Shown in pieces: positions 17,147-27,152 of a stretch of DNA of 64,000 nt; position 1 is the first letter of the stretch; each line of letters starts with the position of its first letter. Under the pieces are notes generated by a model. The model was not told the origin of the DNA. It did not search any database and worked only from the letters and a program-made list of their open reading frames with translations. The position numbers and the translations under genes are program-made. The DNA comes from an uncultured Clostridia bacterium (lineage in GTDB: Bacteria > Bacillota > Clostridia > Christensenellales > CAG-138): assembly GCA_937900325.1 (NCBI GenBank), contig CALCEX010000216.1:1920-65919 (forward strand), read 5' to 3'.

Positions 17147-18049
17147 TTATTTTATCGTTTTATCCGGCAGAGGCACGGTGGTCTCGGTTTCGCCCCGCTG
17201 ATACTCATAGGAATCGTAATAGGGGGAGTAGGTGTAGAGGTATATCTCGTTTTCCCTGAAGTCCAGCAGGCGCATATACCCGCCCCCGCCGGCCCTGCCT
17301 CCCTGAAAGTTGGAAAGTATGGCGTACACCGTCCTGTCCGGCCTGCCGTCGCCGTCGTCGTCCAGCGTCACGCTCTTTTCGGATATATCCCGGCAGTGGC
17401 CGCACAGCACCAGAAACACGTTGGGGTTGGCCTTTACTATCCTTTCGAATATCACTTTGCCCTGGGTGGTGTAGGAGGCCCTCTTTTTAATGTAGCTGTG
17501 GGTGATTATTATGGCGTCCCTGCCGCTAAATTGCCGCAGCACCCCGTTTATCCAGTTTATCTCGTCCTCGCCCGGCCCCCTGTTGGAGAAGGCTATGCTC
17601 ATGAATATGTAGTCCCGTCCATCCGCCGAAAACAGCTCGTAGCGGCTGCCGGTGTCTCCGTATTCCTGGGACATGGCGGCCGGACGCAGGCTCAGCAGGT
17701 ACTTGAGGAAATTGGCGTAGTTCATACGATAGCCTATATCGTGATTGCCGCAGGCCGCAAGAAAGGGTATGGACGCGCCGCAGAGTATATCCATGGACTC
17801 CCGCGCCTGCAGCCACTGCTCCTTTGAGCTCCAGCTCCCCACCACGTCGCCGGTATGGAACACGAAGCGTATATCCAGGGCTTCCCTGTTGTCGGCTATC
17901 CATTGGGTCATGCCGTCAAATATGGGCTTGTAGGCGTTGTGATAGTTCTGGGTATCGCTGAGCCATGCTATGGTGAAGGCGCGTGCCTGGGAAAAAAGAA
18001 GCGCGCAGCACAGCACGGGGATAGCCAGTAAGCGTCTTATCCTGAACAC
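17147..18049 (-). CDS. secreted calcineurin-like metallophosphoesterase
   Basis: Signal peptide; motifs LSDTQ, HTGDVV, GNHD, ITHSY, GHCR. Confidence 0.8.
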   Translation of the reverse strand: MFRIRRLLAIPVLCCALLFSQARAFTIAWLSDTQNYHNAYKPIFDGMTQWIADNREALDIRFVFHTGDVVGSWSSKEQWLQARESMDILCGASIPFLAACGNHDIGYRMNYANFLKYLLSLRPAAMSQEYGDTGSRYELFSADGRDYIFMSIAFSNRGPGEDEINWINGVLRQFSGRDAIIITHSYIKKRASYTTQGKVIFERIVKANPNVFLVLCGHCRDISEKSVTLDDDGDGRPDRTVYAILSNFQGGRAGGGGYMRLLDFRENEIYLYTYSPYYDSYEYQRGETETTVPLPDKTIK

Positions 18050-18091
18050 CGAAAATACTCCTTCTGTATATATGCGCCGCCGCGGGAGGGC

Positions 18092-19021
18092 TTATTTGAG
18101 CCTCAGCCGGAGGTCGTCGCCCTCCAGCCGCAGCACCATGGTCTCCCTTGGGGCAACGAGGCGGGAAAAGAACCTGTCCCCGTAGCTTGAAAGAATGTCG
18201 TCAAGGCTTCTGTTGGTGGCCCAGAGGGTAGCCTTCTTCGCGCTCTGCCTCTCGTTGAGTATGGAAAAGAGCGTCTCCCGCGTTACGGAATTTATCATGG
18301 GCTCCGTGCCCAGGTCGTCTATTATCATGAGATCGGGGCCGAGGATGTCCGGGCTTTCGCCCCTGCCCCGTATGCTTTCCATAAATGCGCTGATCAGGTT
18401 GTAGGCGGAGGCCTTGTATACTTCATACCCCCGGGAGGACACCTCAAGGGCTATGGCGTTGAGCAGATAGCTCTTGCCGAGGCCGGTACCGCCCATGAGC
18501 AGTATACCCATGGGGTCGCACGCGGGGAAGGAACGGGCGTACCCCTCGCACAGTTCCTTTGCCCTGAGGGCGATGCGCCGCTGACGGTCGTCCGGGTATA
18601 TGTCGGCGCGGAACAACGCGAAGCTTTGCTGCGGATCGATGCCCGATGTGGCGTACATTTTTTCCAGAATGCGCGCTTTCATGCAGGGGCAGAGCCTTTT
18701 TATCGTATCTCCCAGATAACCGGTGTCGCCGCAGGCCTTACAGCGATAGTGCGGCAGCATATGGTCTGGCGGCAAACCCGCCGAAAGCAGCAGGCCGAGC
18801 TCCTCCTTGTCAAGCTGCTCAACTTTATTGCGAAGCTCGGACGGATCCTCCCCCCGCATTACCATAAGCCCTGTTTCGAAGGCGAGGGCGCGGCGCTTTT
18901 CAGCTATTTCACCAAGCCGCGGAATGGCCGCATAAGCGGCCTCCCGGCGCTCTTTGGCCTCCCGCTCCGCCCTTTCGCGGCTCATTCTGTATTCGTATAT
19001 CAGCTCCGGCGCAGGCTTCAT
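18092..19021 (-). CDS. DnaC/DnaI-like helicase-loader ATPase
   Basis: Zn-finger-like CKACGDTGYL...CPC; Walker A GGTGLGKSYL; Walker B LMIIDDLGTE. It has a 4-nt overlap with the upstream DnaD-like gene. Confidence 0.75.
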   Translation of the reverse strand: MKPAPELIYEYRMSRERAEREAKERREAAYAAIPRLGEIAEKRRALAFETGLMVMRGEDPSELRNKVEQLDKEELGLLLSAGLPPDHMLPHYRCKACGDTGYLGDTIKRLCPCMKARILEKMYATSGIDPQQSFALFRADIYPDDRQRRIALRAKELCEGYARSFPACDPMGILLMGGTGLGKSYLLNAIALEVSSRGYEVYKASAYNLISAFMESIRGRGESPDILGPDLMIIDDLGTEPMINSVTRETLFSILNERQSAKKATLWATNRSLDDILSSYGDRFFSRLVAPRETMVLRLEGDDLRLRLK

Positions 19022-20211
19022 TTTTTGTCCTCCCCGTCGTCAAGGAGGGTCACTCCGATGCTCTTCAGCTCCTCGTCCGAGTATTTGCGCTGGCCGTAGT
19101 TCATAAAATAAGAGGACTGCTGCCTTTTGCCCTCCGCCGCGGGCTGCTTGTCCAGCTCCGCCATGACCTTTCTGGCCTGCTTCAGGGTGGTCGCGCCCTT
19201 TTCGTGAAGCTGCTCCACGAGGCGGCGGGTCCTGTCGAAGGGATGGCTGGAGCCTGCGGAGCGCTCTGCCGAGAGCAGTATCGCCTCCGGCTGAATATGC
19301 CAGGACGCGGTCCATGTGCTCACCGCTTCCTTTTCCCTGCGCCCCGGCGCGCCCCTGAGCCCGGCGCGGGAATATATCTCCCGGGCAAGCTCCTCGGTAA
19401 GGGCGGCGGATTTCATGGCCTCCTGCACGCCCCCCTCCCTGCGCATACCCTCCAGTATGGCGTTAAGGTACGCGAAGGTGGGCTTATCCGAGGAGGCGAC
19501 GGCGGGGCAGGCGGAAAGTATCTCGTCCAGCGTCATGCCCCATTCCTCCGTCCATTTCTTATACAGCGCAAGCTCGTCCTCCGTGGCCATGCGCCCCTTG
19601 CGCCAGCGGGCAAGTATGGCCTTTGCGCCGCCCTGAAGCTCGGTATCCAGCTTTATGCGCTGCTCCGCGTCCGCGGCGGTGAGCACCCCGTCCTTCGCCC
19701 ATTCCCGGGCCATTCTGTCCATGAACTGTATCTTGACGGAGGGGCCCTTCAGCTCCATGCAGCGGCGGACGAGCATTACGGCCGCCGCCTCTTCGAGGCC
19801 GAACACCTCTATCCAGTCGTATATCTTTGAAAGCTCGCCCGGGGTGAGCACCCGCGCGCCGCATACCTGGCGAAGCGCGGAAACGAGGGGGGCGTACCTG
19901 CGGGAGCCGCCGGTGACGGGCCCCGCCTGAACGGATAAATATTCAACGCTCAGCGGCTCCTGCTCCACAATGCGCAAAAGCCCCATATCCTGCCAATACA
20001 GGAACGCCTCCACCGCCTTTGCGGCGTCTATGCCCAGCGAGGCGCACAGGTCGGCGTTTTCTAGCCTGCGGCAGCCGCACTGCATGAGGCCGAAAAGGTA
20101 TACCTTGCAGTAAAGCTCGGGCGCCTTCGGCATATATTCCAGTATGAAGATGTTCTGCACAGCGGTGCAGCCCATAAGGGCCGCGCCCTGTTCAAAGCCG
20201 CAGCGTATCAT
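19018..20211 (-). CDS. DnaD-domain replication initiation/membrane attachment protein
   Basis: Two DnaD-like repeats (YKKWTEEWGMTLDEILSA...FAYLNAILEGMRREG); paired with the DnaI-like gene. Confidence 0.65.
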   Translation of the reverse strand: MIRCGFEQGAALMGCTAVQNIFILEYMPKAPELYCKVYLFGLMQCGCRRLENADLCASLGIDAAKAVEAFLYWQDMGLLRIVEQEPLSVEYLSVQAGPVTGGSRRYAPLVSALRQVCGARVLTPGELSKIYDWIEVFGLEEAAAVMLVRRCMELKGPSVKIQFMDRMAREWAKDGVLTAADAEQRIKLDTELQGGAKAILARWRKGRMATEDELALYKKWTEEWGMTLDEILSACPAVASSDKPTFAYLNAILEGMRREGGVQEAMKSAALTEELAREIYSRAGLRGAPGRREKEAVSTWTASWHIQPEAILLSAERSAGSSHPFDRTRRLVEQLHEKGATTLKQARKVMAELDKQPAAEGKRQQSSYFMNYGQRKYSDEELKSIGVTLLDDGEDKK

Positions 20212-20309
20212 TTATTGCGCCTTTCGTGAGTGGGTTTAAAATAAAATCAGTATTTATACGGCGCCTCCGCCGTTTTGTCCGTCTGTATGCGCGTATATCG
20301 TATGCCACG

Positions 20310-20780
20310 CTACTTTGCCCTTATCTTGCAGGTGAAGTCGGAGGTGGTAAGCTTATACATGCATACGGCCTCGGCCATGGCGGCTGTGAAGGGAAACTCC
20401 ATGCCCGATTGCTGCTTCATTATCCTGTTAAGGGCGTATATTTTTTCTTCCGTATCCTCTATGAACTCCACCCTGCCGGTGCCTATGACGCTTGCGAAGG
20501 TGTAGCCGTAGGAGCAGGGGTTCGGGGCCTCCACCAGGCCGCCCCTGCCGTCCAGCTCGACGCAGGCAAGAGGGTGCTTTTTCAGTATTTCCAGCTTGCG
20601 GCCCTCCTTTGCGCTGTGAAAATAGAAGGTCAGCGCGCCGTCTGCGTACTCATAGCCGTAGTTCAGCGGCACTATGTACGGAACGCCGTCGTCCGTCATG
20701 GCGAGGCGGCAGACCTTGCATTCGGATACAAGCTCCAGTATCGTGCGTATGTCGGTTATCTCTCTGTCCTTGCGGCGCAT
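20310..20780 (-). CDS. pyridoxamine 5'-phosphate oxidase-family (FMN-binding split barrel) protein
   Basis: MRRKDREITD...CRLAMTDDGVPYIVPLNYGY. Start moved to 20780, which has a GGAGGAAACGGCAA-ATG SD. The upstream Arg-rich extension in the ORF track was rejected. Confidence 0.75.
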   Translation of the reverse strand: MRRKDREITDIRTILELVSECKVCRLAMTDDGVPYIVPLNYGYEYADGALTFYFHSAKEGRKLEILKKHPLACVELDGRGGLVEAPNPCSYGYTFASVIGTGRVEFIEDTEEKIYALNRIMKQQSGMEFPFTAAMAEAVCMYKLTTSDFTCKIRAK

Positions 20781-20866
20781 TTGCCGTTTCCTCCGTATGT
20801 TTTTATTCTCTCCTGAAGTCAAAATACAGGGAGCGAGCCGGCTCGCCCCCTGCGCAGAAGCACGAT

Positions 20867-22186
20867 CTATTTCTTTATGTCGCCGTCGTTGAAGGGATCG
20901 CCGCACTGGGGGCAGAACCTGGGCGGGTCGGCGGGATCCTCAGGCTCCCAGCCGCACTTGTCGCACCTGTACAGCGGGGCGGCGTCGGGCTTCTTCGCGC
21001 CGCACTCCGCGCAGAATTTGCCCTTGTTCACCGCGCCGCACTTGGCGCAGGTCCAGCCCTCTGCCTTGGGCTGGGGCTTGCCGCACTCCATGCAGAACTT
21101 GCCGGTGTTCACCGCGCCGCACTGGCACTTCCAGCCGGCGGGGGCTGCCTGCTGGGCGGGCTGCTGCTGTTGCTGCTGGCCCATCTGGAACAGGTTCCCA
21201 ACGTTTCCGCCCATGCCCTGGGCCATGTTCAGGCCGGCGAAGGCAGCGAACGCGCCCGCGTTCTCGTTTTTTGCGGCGTTCTGCATAGCCGCGCCCTGGG
21301 AGCTCGCGAGATAGGCAGCGGCCATGGTGGGATCCCTGAGGGCCGCGCTCTGCTGCAGCTCCTTTATGCGCTGCTCGTCCTCGTCGCTGGCCTTGATGGA
21401 GCTGATGCCGATGGAGACCATCTCTATGCCGCGCAGATCGCGCCACTTGGCGGAGAGCTCATCGTTGAGGCACTGTATAAGCTCGGAGGTGTGGCCGGGG
21501 AGGGAGCTGTACTTTATGCCCATATCGCTGATGCGGGCGAAGGCGGGCTGAAGCGCCGTCATCATCTCGGAGCGCATCTGTGAGTCTATGCGGTCCCGGG
21601 TGTAGCTTTCGGCGGCGTTGCCGCATACGTTTTTATAGAACAGCATGGGGTTGGTTATCTTATAGGAATATTCGCCGAAGCACTTGACGGATACCTCCAG
21701 CTCAAGGCCGGCGCCTATGTTGTTATAGACCACCCTGAATGGCACGGGGTTGGCGGTGCCGTATTTGTTGCCTATTATCTCCTTGGTGTTGAAATAATAG
21801 ACGCGCTGGTCCTTGGCAGGGTTTGCGCCGAAGGTGAAGCGCTTCTTGAGCAGTTCCCAGGTCGCCTTGAGATTATCGCTCAGATTGCCGTAGAATATGG
21901 AGGGCTCGGTGGAGCTGTCCCACACGAACTCGCCGGGCTGAGCGGAGAACTCCACTATTGCGCCCTGCTCGACGATCATCATGCACTGGCCCTCGTTTAC
22001 GGCGATAATGGAACCGTTGGAAATTATATTGTCCTCGCCCTTGGTGTTGGCGTTGCGGCTGCCCGTGCGCTTTACGCCCTTGGTCATAAGGACGTTTTCC
22101 GGCATGGAGTCGCAGTAGAAGTATTCGCGCCACTGGTCGGCCAGCACGCCGCCGAGCGAGCCTGTTCCTGCCTGTAAAAGACCCAT
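20867..22186 (-). CDS. SPFH/band-7-like protein with poly-Gln linker and three C-terminal zinc ribbons
   Basis: N-terminal SPFH-like body, QQQQQQ linker, then WKCQCGAVNTGKFCMECG, WTCAKCGAVNKGKFCAECG and YRCDKCG...FCPQCG. Confidence 0.7.
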   Translation of the reverse strand: MGLLQAGTGSLGGVLADQWREYFYCDSMPENVLMTKGVKRTGSRNANTKGEDNIISNGSIIAVNEGQCMMIVEQGAIVEFSAQPGEFVWDSSTEPSIFYGNLSDNLKATWELLKKRFTFGANPAKDQRVYYFNTKEIIGNKYGTANPVPFRVVYNNIGAGLELEVSVKCFGEYSYKITNPMLFYKNVCGNAAESYTRDRIDSQMRSEMMTALQPAFARISDMGIKYSSLPGHTSELIQCLNDELSAKWRDLRGIEMVSIGISSIKASDEDEQRIKELQQSAALRDPTMAAAYLASSQGAAMQNAAKNENAGAFAAFAGLNMAQGMGGNVGNLFQMGQQQQQQPAQQAAPAGWKCQCGAVNTGKFCMECGKPQPKAEGWTCAKCGAVNKGKFCAECGAKKPDAAPLYRCDKCGWEPEDPADPPRFCPQCGDPFNDGDIKK

Positions 22187-22472
22187 GTTTGTTGTAGCTC
22201 CTTTCAGAATATATATTGAAATAACGATCTATACACGGGATAATTATATCACATATCGCCGTTTTGCGCTATTGAGACTTTATAACTCCGGGGCGGCCGC
22301 GAAAAAAGACAACAGTCCGCGCGGCGCGTACAAAGAAAAACATGATCCGCCCCTTTACAACTGAAAAATTTGAGATATACTATTATTAGATGTCCTTTAA
22401 GTACGGACACAGGACAAAACGACGTCAGATCCCCGGCAAATCTTATTTTATAAAAACAGGAGCGGTAAAAAA

Positions 22473-23510
22473 ATGGAAATGATGGACGCATTGGTAAAGG
22501 CTGCACCGGAAAAGGGGCTCGTTCTTACCCGGGTACCAAAGCCCGTGCCCGGAATGGGAGAGGTGCTTATTAAGATCCACAAGACGGCAATATGCGGCAC
22601 CGACGTACACATTTACAACTGGAACCAGTGGGCGCAGGAGACCATAAAGCCGCCCATGGTGATAGGCCATGAGTACGTAGGCGAGATAGCGGAGCTTGGC
22701 CCCGGCGTAACGGCCTACCATGTAGGTCAGATAGTATCCGGCGAGGGCCATATCGTATGCGGCCACTGCCGCAACTGCCGCGCAGGCAACGGCCAGTACT
22801 GCCGCCACACCAAGGGCGTTGGCGTGAACAGGGACGGCGCCTTCGCCGAATACCTCTGCATACCCGCGAGCAACGTCGTGCCCATACCCGATGGCATACC
22901 CGAGGACGTGGTATCCTTCTTTGACGCGCTGGGCAACGCCACCCACACCGCCCTCATGTTCGACGTGATAGGCGAGGATGTGCTTATCACCGGCGCGGGC
23001 CCCATAGGAATGATGGCTACCGCCATATGCAAGCGCAACGGCGCGCGCAGCGTGGTGGTCACCGACGTGAACGACTACCGGCTGGACATGGCGAAGAAGA
23101 TGGGCGCCACCGCCACGGTAAACGTAGCGCGGGAAAAGCTCGAGAGCATATTCGGGGCGCAGCACATGGTAGAGGGCTTTGACGTCGGCCTTGAGATGAG
23201 CGGCAGCGTCGCGGCGCTCAGCACCATGATAGACAATATGCGCAACGGCGGCAAGATAGCCCTTTTAGGCATACACCCCGGCAACATAGAGATAAACATA
23301 AACAAGGTAATCTGGAACAGCCTGACCCTTCAGGGCGTATACGGCCGCAAGATGTACGAGACCTGGTACAAGATGATAACCATGGTGGAGGGCGGCCTGG
23401 ACATGACCCCCATGATAACCCACCGCTTCAACTACCGCGATTTCGACAAGGGCTTCGAGGCCATGAACAGCGGCAGGAGCGGCAAGGTAGTGCTGGACTG
23501 GACAAAGTAG
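22473..23510 (+). CDS. tdh: L-threonine 3-dehydrogenase
   Basis: Zn-ADH motifs [27 protein letters not shown]. Followed by kbl. Confidence 0.9.
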   Translation: MEMMDALVKAAPEKGLVLTRVPKPVPGMGEVLIKIHKTAICGTDVHIYNWNQWAQETIKPPMVIGHEYVGEIAELGPGVTAYHVGQIVSGEGHIVCGHCRNCRAGNGQYCRHTKGVGVNRDGAFAEYLCIPASNVVPIPDGIPEDVVSFFDALGNATHTALMFDVIGEDVLITGAGPIGMMATAICKRNGARSVVVTDVNDYRLDMAKKMGATATVNVAREKLESIFGAQHMVEGFDVGLEMSGSVAALSTMIDNMRNGGKIALLGIHPGNIEININKVIWNSLTLQGVYGRKMYETWYKMITMVEGGLDMTPMITHRFNYRDFDKGFEAMNSGRSGKVVLDWTK

Positions 23511-23549
23511 AGTGGAAACCGCGATAAAGGACGCAGAAAGGAAAAGCAT

Positions 23550-24737
23550 ATGAGATCCGCACTTAAGCATTACGGCGAGATGCTCGAGAGCATCAGGGAA
23601 TCCGGCACCTATAAGAACGAACGCATAATCACCACCCCCCAGAAGGCGCGCATAGATACCACGGAGGCAAAGAACGTGCTCAATATGTGCGCGAACAACT
23701 ACCTTGGCCTTTCCGACAGCAGGGAGCTCATAGAGGCCGCGAAGGCCAGCTATGACAAATGGGGCTTCGGCCTCTCCTCGGTGCGCTTTATCTGCGGCAC
23801 CCAGGGGCTGCATAAGGAGCTGGAGCGCAAGATAGCCGACTTTGTAAAGACGGACGACTGCATACTCTACTCCTCCTGCTTCGATGCAAACGGCGGCCTG
23901 TTCGAGACCCTGCTGGGGCCTGAGGACGCGGTCATATCCGACGAGCTGAACCACGCCTCCATAATAGACGGCGTGCGCCTTTGCAAGGCCAGGAGGTACC
24001 GCTATAAGAACAACAATATGGACGACCTTCGCGCCCAGCTTCAGGACGCAAAGGACTCCGGCTGCAAGATAAAGCTCATCGCGACCGACGGCGTGTTCTC
24101 CATGGATGGCTACATAGCCAACCTGAAGGGCATATGCGACCTTGCGGATGAGTTTGACGCGCTGGTAATGGTGGACGACAGCCACGCGGTAGGCTTCATG
24201 GGCGAGCATGGCCGCGGCACCCCCGAGTATTGCGGGGTAGAGGGCCGGGTGGATATAATCACCGGCACCCTGGGCAAGGCCCTGGGCGGAGCCTCCGGCG
24301 GCTACACCGCAGCGAGGCAGGAGATAGTAGACCTGCTGCGCCAGCGCAGCCGCCCCTATCTCTTCTCCAATACCGTAGCCCCCGCCATCTGCGCGGCGGC
24401 CTGCAAGACCATAGATATGCTGACCGAGAGCACCGCCCTAAGGGACAAGGTACACGAAAACGCCCGCTATTTCCGCGCCGAGATGGAAAAATGCGGCTTC
24501 GACCTGCTGCCCGGCGAGCATCCGATAGTCCCCGTAATGCTCTACGACCCCAAGGTAGCCAACGAGTTTGCCGCCCGGATGCTCAGGAAGGGCGTATATG
24601 TGGTAGGCTTCTGCTATCCCGTAGTACCCAAGGGCAGGGACCGCATACGCACCCAGATATCCGCCGGCCACACGAAGGAGGACCTGGACTTCGCCGTGAA
24701 GTGCTTTAAGGAAGTAAAAGAGGAAATGGGTCTGTAA
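23550..24737 (+). CDS. kbl: glycine C-acetyltransferase (2-amino-3-ketobutyrate CoA ligase)
   Basis: Alpha-oxoamine synthase family: [21 protein letters not shown] (PLP Lys). Operon with tdh. Confidence 0.9.
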   Translation: MRSALKHYGEMLESIRESGTYKNERIITTPQKARIDTTEAKNVLNMCANNYLGLSDSRELIEAAKASYDKWGFGLSSVRFICGTQGLHKELERKIADFVKTDDCILYSSCFDANGGLFETLLGPEDAVISDELNHASIIDGVRLCKARRYRYKNNNMDDLRAQLQDAKDSGCKIKLIATDGVFSMDGYIANLKGICDLADEFDALVMVDDSHAVGFMGEHGRGTPEYCGVEGRVDIITGTLGKALGGASGGYTAARQEIVDLLRQRSRPYLFSNTVAPAICAAACKTIDMLTESTALRDKVHENARYFRAEMEKCGFDLLPGEHPIVPVMLYDPKVANEFAARMLRKGVYVVGFCYPVVPKGRDRIRTQISAGHTKEDLDFAVKCFKEVKEEMGL

Positions 24738-24753
24738 GCTGATAAAAGCAAAG

Positions 24754-24782
24754 GAAGGAGCTTTCGCTCCTTCTTTTTTTAT
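24754..24782. terminator. bidirectional intrinsic terminator between kbl and mtnA
   Basis: GAAGGAGC-tttc-GCTCCTTC followed by T7ATTTTTTT. Confidence 0.65.
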
Positions 24783-24786
24783 TTTT

Positions 24787-25857
24787 TTATTCGAACAGCT
24801 TTTTCAGGCTCTCGGAATAGGGCGGGCGGCATATGCCCTTTTCCGTTATGATGGCGGAAATGAGCGAATTGTCCGTCACGTCGAAGGCGGGGTTGTAGCA
24901 CCTGACGCCCTGGGGCGCCGCAGGCTCCGCGAAGAATTTGCTCCTTATCTCCTCCCCGTCCCGAAGCTCTATCTTTATGTTTTCCCCTGCGGGGCAGTCC
25001 ATATCTATGGTGGAGGTGGGGCCCAGCACATAGAAGGGTATGCCGTAGTGCTTCGCCAGTATGGCCAGGCCGCTGGTGCCGATCTTGTTTGCCGTGTCGC
25101 CGTTGGCGGCCACCCTGTCGCAGCCCACCATGCAGCACTGCACCCAGCCGTTTTTCATGACTATGGAGGCCATGCTGTCGCATATGAGGGTAACGTCCAC
25201 CCCGGCCCTTTGCAGTTCAAAGCTGGTGAGCCTCGCGCCCTGCAGAAGCGGCCTTGTCTCGTCCGCGAATACCCGTATGTCCATGCCCCGCTCCTTCGCG
25301 AGGAACAGCGGCCCCTGCCCCGTGCCGTAGCGGGAGGTGGCAAGCGGCCCCGCGTTGCAGTGGGTCAGCACCCCGTCCCCATCGCGGAGAAGGGAAAGGC
25401 CGTATTCGGATATCCTGCGGCACATCTCCATATCCTCCTCATGTATGGCGGCGCACTCCCGCTTAAGCGCCGCAAGCACCGTTTCAACAGGCATATCCCT
25501 GTGATCCTCGGCTACGTCCAGCATTCGGTTCAGCGCCCAGCTAAGGTTTGCCGCCGTGGGGCGGGCGCCATTGAGGAAGCGGCAGTCCTCCTCCCAGCGG
25601 CTGTAAAAATCATCGAAGGAGTCATGCGGGGCCTGGAGGGCCAGACAGTAGGCGCAGTAGCCCGCGCATATGCCTATGGCCGGTGCGCCGCGCACCCGGA
25701 GCGTGGCTATCGCCTCGAACATCTCCTCCCTTGTGGAAAGGGTTATGTATTCCAGGCTGTTGGGCAGCAGCGTCTGGTCGATTATCACCACCGAGCGCCC
25801 ATCATCGGAAAGCTTTACGTTATCCATATGAGTGACTTCTTCCAGGGGGGGATTCAT
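24787..25857 (-). CDS. mtnA: S-methyl-5-thioribose-1-phosphate isomerase
   Basis: eIF-2B-related fold, [17 protein letters not shown]. Start set at 25857 (AAAGGAG SD 9 nt upstream). Confidence 0.85.
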   Translation of the reverse strand: MNPPLEEVTHMDNVKLSDDGRSVVIIDQTLLPNSLEYITLSTREEMFEAIATLRVRGAPAIGICAGYCAYCLALQAPHDSFDDFYSRWEEDCRFLNGARPTAANLSWALNRMLDVAEDHRDMPVETVLAALKRECAAIHEEDMEMCRRISEYGLSLLRDGDGVLTHCNAGPLATSRYGTGQGPLFLAKERGMDIRVFADETRPLLQGARLTSFELQRAGVDVTLICDSMASIVMKNGWVQCCMVGCDRVAANGDTANKIGTSGLAILAKHYGIPFYVLGPTSTIDMDCPAGENIKIELRDGEEIRSKFFAEPAAPQGVRCYNPAFDVTDNSLISAIITEKGICRPPYSESLKKLFE

Positions 25858-26041
25858 TTGGAACGGCTCCTTTTGCGTATTTGTAAGATAATAATACCGG
25901 CATTTAATAAACATTGTCAACAGGCTGTGAAGTTGGGCAAAACAGCTTGAATAATCGGCGGGTGCTGGTCTATAATACAGAGTTGTGAAGGCGCTGCCTT
26001 TACAAATAAGAAAAAACTACGGGAAAGAGATGTAAAAGCAA

Positions 26042-27130
26042 ATGACCAAGGTCGATATTTTTTCAGGCTTCCTGGGCGCAGGAAAGACCACCCTTATAAA
26101 GAAGCTCATAGCCGAGGCTTATAAGGGCGAAAAGCTTGTGCTGATAGAGAACGAATTCGGCGAGATAGGCATAGACGGCGGCTTCATGCAGGACGCCGGG
26201 ATAGAGGTCACCGAGATGAACTCCGGCTGCATCTGCTGCAGCCTGGTAGGCGACTTCAGCAGGGCGCTCAAAAAGGTAGTGGAGGAGTACGCCCCCGACC
26301 GCATACTTATAGAGCCCTCCGGCGTGGGCAAGCTCAGCGACGTTATACGGGCGGTGCAGAACGCAGGCTCTGATGCGCTGCAGCTCAACAGCTTCACGAC
26401 CGTTGTGGACGCGAACAAGTGCAAGATGTACATGAAGAACTTCGGCGAGTTCTTCAACGACCAGGTAGAGCACGCCAACGCCATAATACTCAGCCGCACC
26501 GGCGAGATAAGCCAGGATAAGCTGGATACCGATATAGCCCTGCTGCGGGAGCACAACCCCAACGCCACCCTCATAGTTACCCCCTGGAGCGAGCTTACGG
26601 GCGCGCAGATACTCGAGGCCATGGAAAAGCGCAACACCCTGGAGGCGGAGCTTGAGCTTCTGGCGGAGGAAGGCCGGCATGAGCATCACCATGACGACGA
26701 TGATGACGACGAGCATGAGCATGAGCATGAGCATGAGCATCACCACCATCACGACGATGACGACGATGATGAGCATGAGCACCATCACCACCACCACGAC
26801 GGCGAGGAGTGCGGCGACCCCGAATGCGAGTGCCATCATCACCACCATCACCATGCCGACGAGGTGTTTACAAGCTGGGGCAGGGAAACCGCCAGGAGCT
26901 TTACTGAGGAAGAGCTCAGGGAGGATCTTGCGGCGCTGGACGACGCGGAGAAGTACGGCGCGGTGCTGCGGGCAAAGGGCATAGTCAGGGGCGAGGGCTG
27001 CTGGCTGCACTTTGACTATGTTCCGGGCGAGATCAATATACGCACAGGCCCCGCCTCCGTCATGGGCCGGCTCTGCGTCATAGGCTCCAAGCTCAACGAG
27101 CATGAGCTTTCCGGCCTGTTCGGCGTATGA
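26042..27130 (+). CDS. COG0523 (CobW/G3E) metallochaperone GTPase with His/Asp-rich insertion
   Basis: GFLGAGKTTL P-loop, GCICCS (CxCC) and a roughly 59-aa His/Asp/Glu tract. Confidence 0.85.
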   Translation: MTKVDIFSGFLGAGKTTLIKKLIAEAYKGEKLVLIENEFGEIGIDGGFMQDAGIEVTEMNSGCICCSLVGDFSRALKKVVEEYAPDRILIEPSGVGKLSDVIRAVQNAGSDALQLNSFTTVVDANKCKMYMKNFGEFFNDQVEHANAIILSRTGEISQDKLDTDIALLREHNPNATLIVTPWSELTGAQILEAMEKRNTLEAELELLAEEGRHEHHHDDDDDDEHEHEHEHEHHHHHDDDDDDEHEHHHHHHDGEECGDPECECHHHHHHHADEVFTSWGRETARSFTEEELREDLAALDDAEKYGAVLRAKGIVRGEGCWLHFDYVPGEINIRTGPASVMGRLCVIGSKLNEHELSGLFGV

Positions 27131-27152
27131 TGAAGGGAACGCGGGCGCTTTT

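Noticed and set aside
22290-22353. A GC-rich nested hairpin (GGGGCGG...CCGCCCC with inner CCGCG/CGCGG) between the divergent SPFH and tdh genes. I considered a riboswitch or terminator.
   Set aside because: It lies upstream of the best tdh promoter candidate (TTTACA-16-TATACT at 22354-22381). It has no U-tract on either strand, and I could not match it to any riboswitch consensus.
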